A DNA stretch of 63,893 nt, filler included, from Collodictyon triciliatum (Eukaryota), in assembly GCA_043381765.1 (NCBI GenBank). It is 7 parts of 7 records of this genome, joined end to end, with 100 filler letters (N's around TTAATTAATTAA, not from the genome) between each part and the next. Parts side by side here need not be neighbours in the genome. Positions count along the whole stretch, not along the records: positions 51,244 to 61,380 come from JBHJMP010002783.1; positions 61,481 to 63,893 come from JBHJMP010002860.1; 5 more parts are not named here. One strand, 5' to 3'. Numbering within the stretch: position 1 is the first letter of the stretch; the number at the start of each line of letters is the position of its first letter. The position numbers were made by a program, and so were the translations under genes. Below are positions 57,658 to 63,893 of this stretch, in pieces. The notes under the pieces are model-generated. The model was not told the origin of the DNA and ran no database searches. It worked only from the letters and a program-made list of their open reading frames with translations.

Positions 57658-60226
57658 AGCATACCAAAACTGGAGAAGAGCGCACCACCCGAGCTTTGTG
57701 AACCCTTTTCCCTACCAAGTAACACGAACACGAAGGGTGATATAGTGAAATATATGACTTCCCCATTTCATTATTCTGGAGCTCCTATTCCATCAGGCAA
57801 CAGGACCACCATATTTGAGGAAACTAGTACCCATAATGGAGGTTCTTGTCAGAATGTGGAGCTACAAACACTCTCTGTAAATGACTTCATCACGTCGCCA
57901 CCTCTGTTATCTGGCATCGAGAGATCTGTTAGAAATGATTTAAACAGAGCCACAAGCGCAGATGACCGCCTGGAATCGCCTCCATTCGATAAAGAATCTC
58001 CTCAAGGTTTAAGCAATATTAACCCATTTTTCATCCATCAATCATTTCTCTTTGAATCGAATAAAGGAAAAAAAAATCCATCAATCATTTCAACATGTAG
58101 TGCGTGAATCAAAAGTACCTAGAGACCAATCAATCACATCGAATCAAGAAGCAATCGGCAATATGATTTTTCAATCAAACGAAATAAGTTCAAAGCCTTG
58201 TAACAGATTTCCATCATCGTCGAAAAGAATCACAAGGTCCCGAAAATCGACCCCTACTATCCTAGCCCAGGATAATAGACCCACCAAACCCTATGCCGCA
58301 CGAGTGTTGCCAAAGAAAGCGGCAAAAAAAGACCAAGACCAAGGAAACTCATCATTTACTGAACCTGGAGGTGCAAAGAGATCGTTTCATTTTTGTTCTG
58401 CTGATGCCTCATCTTGCGCATCTAGTTTTGATGAACAGGTCATGAGTGATGCAGAAGTTGGGCATCAAAAGGATGAGTTCAATAGCAGAAAATCGGAAAT
58501 GAACACATCAGTAAATCTAAAACCCGAAGTGAAAAAGAGAAATAGCATGGAGATTGCGGAGTGGTCAGCACAGAGTAGAAATAAGGAGAAGCTCATGAAA
58601 AGGCAAGATCGAATTCCGAAAATAGAAGAGGGCTTCTCTCAAAATCTAAATTTAGAGTCACTGATAAATAGTCTAGTGATGATAATTGACCGGTCACCGT
58701 TATACAACGTCATCATTCGTGGCCGAAATATCTATCCTCCGTTTCGAATCTCTGTCGTCATTCCTGAAAAATGCCACCAAGAATTACAGGGGCAAATCAT
58801 CTCTGTCGGTCATATGGTCGCGCCATCAAAGAGAGATTGTGGTAATATTAATCATTTCTCTACAAGCCCACATAATTTTTCGTATTACGAAGAATACATA
58901 CTTGAAAAAAAGAGCCCTCCAGATGCTAGTGCCACTGTCGGCCCGGAGTCGGAGCTACAAATCAATTTCCAGAAACTCAAAGTTTGCGATGTCAAGCTTG
59001 GGAATGATGTCACTATCACTTTTGTTGCTTACATTACACGTGATGGACATCCACACGTCATATCAATTTCAGAACCATGTCAGTTATTTGTTTGTGCTCA
59101 ATGTGAACACGAGGAAATGACTACCGCAAAAATTATGTGGGATTGTGCAAGACAAACAATTTCGCAGCCGAAGGAATCAACCGCAATATCAGACATTCTC
59201 GTCAAATTGAATTACAAATGGGGGAAGCATTTCGGTCATTCTTTTAGTGACTTGAGCTCCTTCGCATACCTTTGCTGTTCTAACCTTCGTGGCAAAGAAG
59301 TATCTAAAACCACAACCGAAAACGACGGAGGAAAAAGTCGTGTGTGTGCCACGGACAAGGAAAAAATCATAAGTGGACAGAGCCAAGATACAATATCCTT
59401 TGAACAGGACATCAATCTCCTGGCTGGAACAGCCAGGGGCGACTATGATGATGTCTTTTCATTTTTAGATAGAGAATATGATATGGAACTTTCTAATTCG
59501 TTAAATGCTTTTGGATATCAGTCCCCGACTGAGTCAGGTAAATCAACATCCTATGCACCCCGAGCAACGCCAAGTCAACAGACACATGCACAGTTATATC
59601 CCATTCAACCTATTGACGACGAAACGGAAACAAATCGAAGACCTGAGCAACCGTGTATTTACCAACAAATTAACATTTCATATGGAGAACAAATTCGTCA
59701 CTTTGCCGGTAAAAGGCCCCCTTCACTTTTCTTAGGGGGGCTCGGTAACCTTAAAACACCAATTGCATCACCAAGAAAGGAACTGATGGAAATCACATTC
59801 CAGTCCTTTCAGCGTGTCTGGGCAATAATATATGCTGCCGGAAAAGCACTCGAGCGTGACCCGGGACTGGCTCGTTTGTGGAAAGATGGATTTATCCTTC
59901 CTTTTTGTTCCAGAAACCGGGTTCACTACGCCCTCGAGTCGAATTCGTCCTTTCCTCCGCATACCTTCTCTCTTCGATTTTCGGAGAGATTCCCTGGGTA
60001 TTTGTTTGTCTCGTTCCTCAACAAAGATAGAAAAGCCAAAAGTTGCAAAATCGAGTTGTCATCCATCAGGAGACCTAAGGTACTTGGGATTATAAAAAAA
60101 ACGCAGTCCCTTCTTTATGTGTTGAACAGTTCTGGACAAGTAACTGAGAAAACAGCTGCATTGGGACTGGACGCCGTAGCGGTGGATTACGATTTGGAAT
60201 TGGATTCGTACAAAACATTAGACTGA
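57658..60226 (+). CDS. STAT-family transcription factor (Dictyostelium-STAT-like DNA-binding + linker + SH2 + C-terminal Tyr); 5' end uncertain
   Basis: Exon 57658-58006, intron 58007-58100, exon 58101-60226. SPLYNVIIRGRNIYPPFRI...FQKLKV...ISEPCQLFVCAQCEHEEMTTAKIMW is DBD/linker-like. ITFQSFQRVW...LARLWKDGFILPFCSR...HTFSLRFSERFPGYLFVSF is a STAT-type SH2 with the conserved Arg. Terminal LDSYKTLD. Confidence 0.82.
58033..58091 (+). mobile_element. Family A micro-retroposon tip with 16-bp TSD, in STAT intron
   Basis: ATCCATCAATCATTTC at 58033-58048 and 58076-58091 flanks TCTTTGAATCGAATAAAGGAAAAAAAA. Confidence 0.9.
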
Positions 60227-61287
60227 AAAAAAAAACACTCTTCCATACACCGCGCCCGCAATAGGCAAAGCCAATATGCAGCACTAATTCGTCACTTATG
60301 GAATTTCCTTGAATGCCACATTCTTGACCAAAGTTCCTTTCCTTAACATCATCTCTTTTCCTCCTTCCGTTCCTCTTCAGCAAGTAAAGTGAACTTGTCA
60401 AAAAAAGAAAAAGGTCAGATTTAATATTTACGAAATAAAGTTGAGAATAGATACATCAATCGCTAAGAAAGGGTATCAAAACATAATACGCATACGAATG
60501 TAATGTTGTCATAAGAGCAGCATTCGGTTCCAATTTTCTATCTACTTTAAAAGTGTATGCATAATCTCATGTAGCTTTATTTGAACGCGCAGTGCAAAAA
60601 TGTGTTAAAGATGTTTATTTCCAGCACATTTGAGATGTTTTTTTTCCCCCTAATTGTTTTTGTGAGTCAGAACCGCTGGTCCACTTTCCTCATTTACTTT
60701 AGAATATATAACCATCCAGCAATTCATGTAAAGTAAATGCGAAGAATCCATAATATTGTTGTTTGTGAAACAAATCGCCAATGATAAAAATACAATAATC
60801 AAACGTCGAATTCTGGTGAAACGAAGGAGGGAATGATGGATAGGATGGGCGAGCGGGAAGTATAATGTTTTCTCTCTCCTTACTTATATCAAGAACAAGA
60901 GTACCTACTTAACTTCGATGCTGGTAAAATGTCGTGGTTTGGGAAAGAATAAGGACAGCTCTTATATTTATTATCTGATTAGGGTATCTAGGATGGTTAT
61001 GCAGTAGTGATGCTTTGTTATAAACTGTCAAACAAAACCTGGCATTTAACCTATCAATGCCAATTAAAAGGAAGCAACCATACTTTCATTCGAATAAAGG
61101 GTCTTTTTACTTTAATGTAATTGGAAAACCAACATGGTGCCATAACGATTACATTACCCCTGAACGATGAAACGTCAAAACCAATCCGACTCGAAAGGGG
61201 TTGATAAACAGATTCATGGTTACTTTCGCGAAACGCAGACAAGCATCGAATTAGTAGATTTCTTTATCCCCTAGTTTACCCTGAGAA

Positions 61288-61380
<93 letters not shown>
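61288..61380. repeat. (AAT)n microsatellite at contig end
   Basis: Tandem array. Confidence 0.97.
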
Positions 61381-61480
61381 NNNNNNNNNNNNNNNNNNNN
61401 NNNNNNNNNNNNNNNNNNNNNNNNTTAATTAATTAANNNNNNNNNNNNNNNNNNNNNNNNNNNNNNNNNNNNNNNNNNNN
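61381..61480. other. Artificial contig spacer
   Basis: 44 N + TTAATTAATTAA + 44 N. Confidence 0.98.
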
Positions 61481-61619
61481 TTTTCTGAAAAAATTACGCC
61501 TCAACCTAAAAGTGTAATGCTAAGAGTCTATCCACCAAAATTATTTGGATAAGTGTATCATTGGAGCGCATTCATCTTATTTCCCTAATGACATAAATAG
61601 TATATATATATATCCGGTT

Positions 61620-63893
61620 ACCAAGTCGAATTCGAATGCGGCCAGCGCAAGCTAAACGCACAAGAGTGAGGTGCCTCAACTTGACGCCGAGAATGTGGTC
61701 TACGAGCATTACCGGACGCGACCGGTGGAGCGAGCAGCGGGACTGCAGGAGAAGTGACCCTACCCGGCCGGCTGCTTCCGTAGTGGCCTTGTGGGCGAGG
61801 TACTGAGACACTGACGCACGCCACACGCCTGCGTCTGTTGGAGCAGCTGTGTGAAGTCCACCGCACCCGCGAGTGTGCCACGGAGGGCGTTGTGCTGCTG
61901 GCATCCGACCTGTCGAGCGGCCTGGGCCTTGCGTACCCCCGCAGGGCGACGGCCGAGCGCTTTGCCGCAGGAGGCTTCTTCCACTTGGACGGTTGTCTCC
62001 TGCCAGCCCCCTATCAGGCCCGCACCCCGCAGTGTTCGCCCGCCATCGGACTTCCTGGCCGCCGGTGGCACGCGCCGCGCCATCCTGTCAGCCTGGCCGC
62101 CGCACTTCCCCGCCCTCGCGTCCACTTTCGCCCAGCTGCACGGGGCTCTTCCATGGACAACGCCCTCGTCTTCCTTCGACATCTGACGACGCACACCGCA
62201 GTCCCACCTCCCTCCCCATCTGCGCATCCCCCTGCCGCCTCCCCATCCTCCCGACAGGTCGCCCACCCGCCGACAGCCTCACTCGGCACGCCTCCTTGCA
62301 AACACCTCTAGACAGCGCTATGCAGATAGGCGAAGACGCACGCAGCGAGACCACAGTACGCCCAATCGGCAAATCCAATGGCTGAGATTTAGCTTGCGCC
62401 GCTCTCCGCCTCAATTCCCAAATTGGACGCTGCGCGCCACAACAAAGGCCGAAGCCACACCACAGCTCGCGCCGATTCCAGAGTCAGCGCACACACCAAC
62501 CCAGGCAAAACCCCGCCAACCCCAAAGACTCCACAAAGGCTCCCCTTCCACTGCGGACAATGAACCCAAACGCGCCCTCCAACTCGGCAGCACGCGTCAC
62601 AGGAAAGCCGCACCAACGCCGCCCCGCAGCGGACACAAAGAAAAGCCACACCGGCCACCCAAGCGAAGGCGAGCGGCAACTCCGATGTCGCAAACAGACG
62701 AACACTCAGCAGCACCGCTCAAACAGACAAAGGCCGACAGAGGCGGCCACCTCCCGCGATAAAGGCTGGCGGATTGCTACTCGCAGAGTACGCGCCAAGC
62801 TGCCTATCGCTGAAAAGCTGCCCCAGCCGATGCCCTCCCACCAGACGAGTGCATCTGCGTCCGCGCTGTGTTCCAAAGACTCACCGCCTCCACGGCCGCC
62901 CACACGCGGAGCATGGACTGCGAGCGCCACCCACAACAGCAACGAGAGTACCCACTCCAACGAGCACAAGTATCGTGAAGGCATGTTTTTCCAACCACAT
63001 CCGTACCACGCCGTCAGCTCTCAACGACGTTGTCTCGCCCGTGGTCAAAGCTGAAATGCCTCAAAAGAAGCTGCCACAACCACGCAGCCACGCAAGAATC
63101 AGGATTCGCCTGCAGGCAGGGGAGTCCGCCATCCGCAAGTGAAGCCGGTAACTTACGAACCGGACAGCCACACGGGCGACAAAAAAACAAGGGCCATAGA
63201 CGTGTCTGTGGAAGGAGGGTTACGCCTCGCTGCTTCCTTTTAATTCGCCCAGTGTGGCCCCGGCCGCTCTGCTATGAGCGCATTGCGGGACTAACGTTCC
63301 CCATCTTGAAGGTGATCAAGGAATATTCCCTTCCCTTCGCCCCGGAGGAGTTGCGAGACTAGTTGGTTTTAAGACACCTATCGACCTTGGTAGCTCCGTC
63401 AATCATTCAGGATCGGATGTGCTGGAGACGCCATTCAAGAGGGAGGGGAAATGTTGCTCACTGTCACAACCCGTCGAGTGTCAAACAATTGAAACCAAAC
63501 ATCCCCTCCTGGATACCTCGCATCAGTCCTGACCTCTCTTGGGTATACCGACCATCATACCATACCCTACCCCAAATCCGAACCCATTAACAGACTTCCT
63601 GGGCCGGGAAGACGGCAGGCAGCTAACACCTGCATGACACGTGAGTCCTGGAATAGCTGACAAATCCACTTGAAGACCTGGGGTAACAAAGCCAAAACTC
63701 CCGACCTTAGTTGAGAAGACACCAGGGAGTGGAAGCTTATAGCCATAGGGTTTTTTGCAAGCAAGAGGGAGAAATCCCTTCGACAACCCCTACTGAAAAG
63801 ACCCTAATACGGTCTGGAAGGAGGTGAGTCAACCATGCAGAGAAGTCCTCTTTGCACTCGACCTAGTGCTTATGAAACGAACCTCACTTCTCT
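61620..63893 (+). mobile_element. Degenerate GC-rich retroelement (ORF1-like region related to 45118-46376, plus unassigned decayed downstream sequence); runs off the window
   Basis: Abrupt GC rise, no introns, many stops and frameshifts. QEK*PYPAGCF, GLGLAYPRRATAERFAAGGFFHLDG..PYQARTP and GSSMDNALVFL align with QEQNLYGAGCY, GYTVAFPHQENAAVFAKAGQFKLLG..PYQERPP and GIWTNDALVKF. No RT motif seen. Confidence 0.62.

Overview
This is AT-rich, intron-dense, microsatellite-rich eukaryotic (protist-like) nuclear DNA in the standard genetic code. It is not one continuous locus. Seven pieces are joined by an identical 100-bp artificial spacer (44 N + TTAATTAATTAA + 44 N), and the first six pieces are 10,137-10,157 bp long, so gene order across spacers carries no meaning. 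Recognisable spliced genes: ADCY10-like soluble adenylyl cyclase with P-loop/TPR tail (-), kinesin-8 (+), phosducin-like protein (+), EF-hand-like fragment (-), triple PFU-like repeat protein (+), PP4R4 (-), PH-domain protein start (+), UTP20 (+), a decayed TEP1/NPHP3-type NACHT-TPR gene (-), a probably secreted WD40 + FG-GAP protein (+), the last exon of HBS1 (+), PP6 catalytic subunit (+) and a Dictyostelium-type STAT (+). Two related, degenerate GC-rich retroelement ORF1-like copies are also present. The most striking unexplained structure is a scatter of ultra-short (6-93 bp) poly(A)-tailed insertions from at least two families (CTTTGAATCGAATAAAGG-An and ...CTGCACAAAATTGAAAGGAAGAATA-An), most flanked by 9-25 bp target-site duplications. 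Exon boundaries were read by eye and gene ends are often uncertain.
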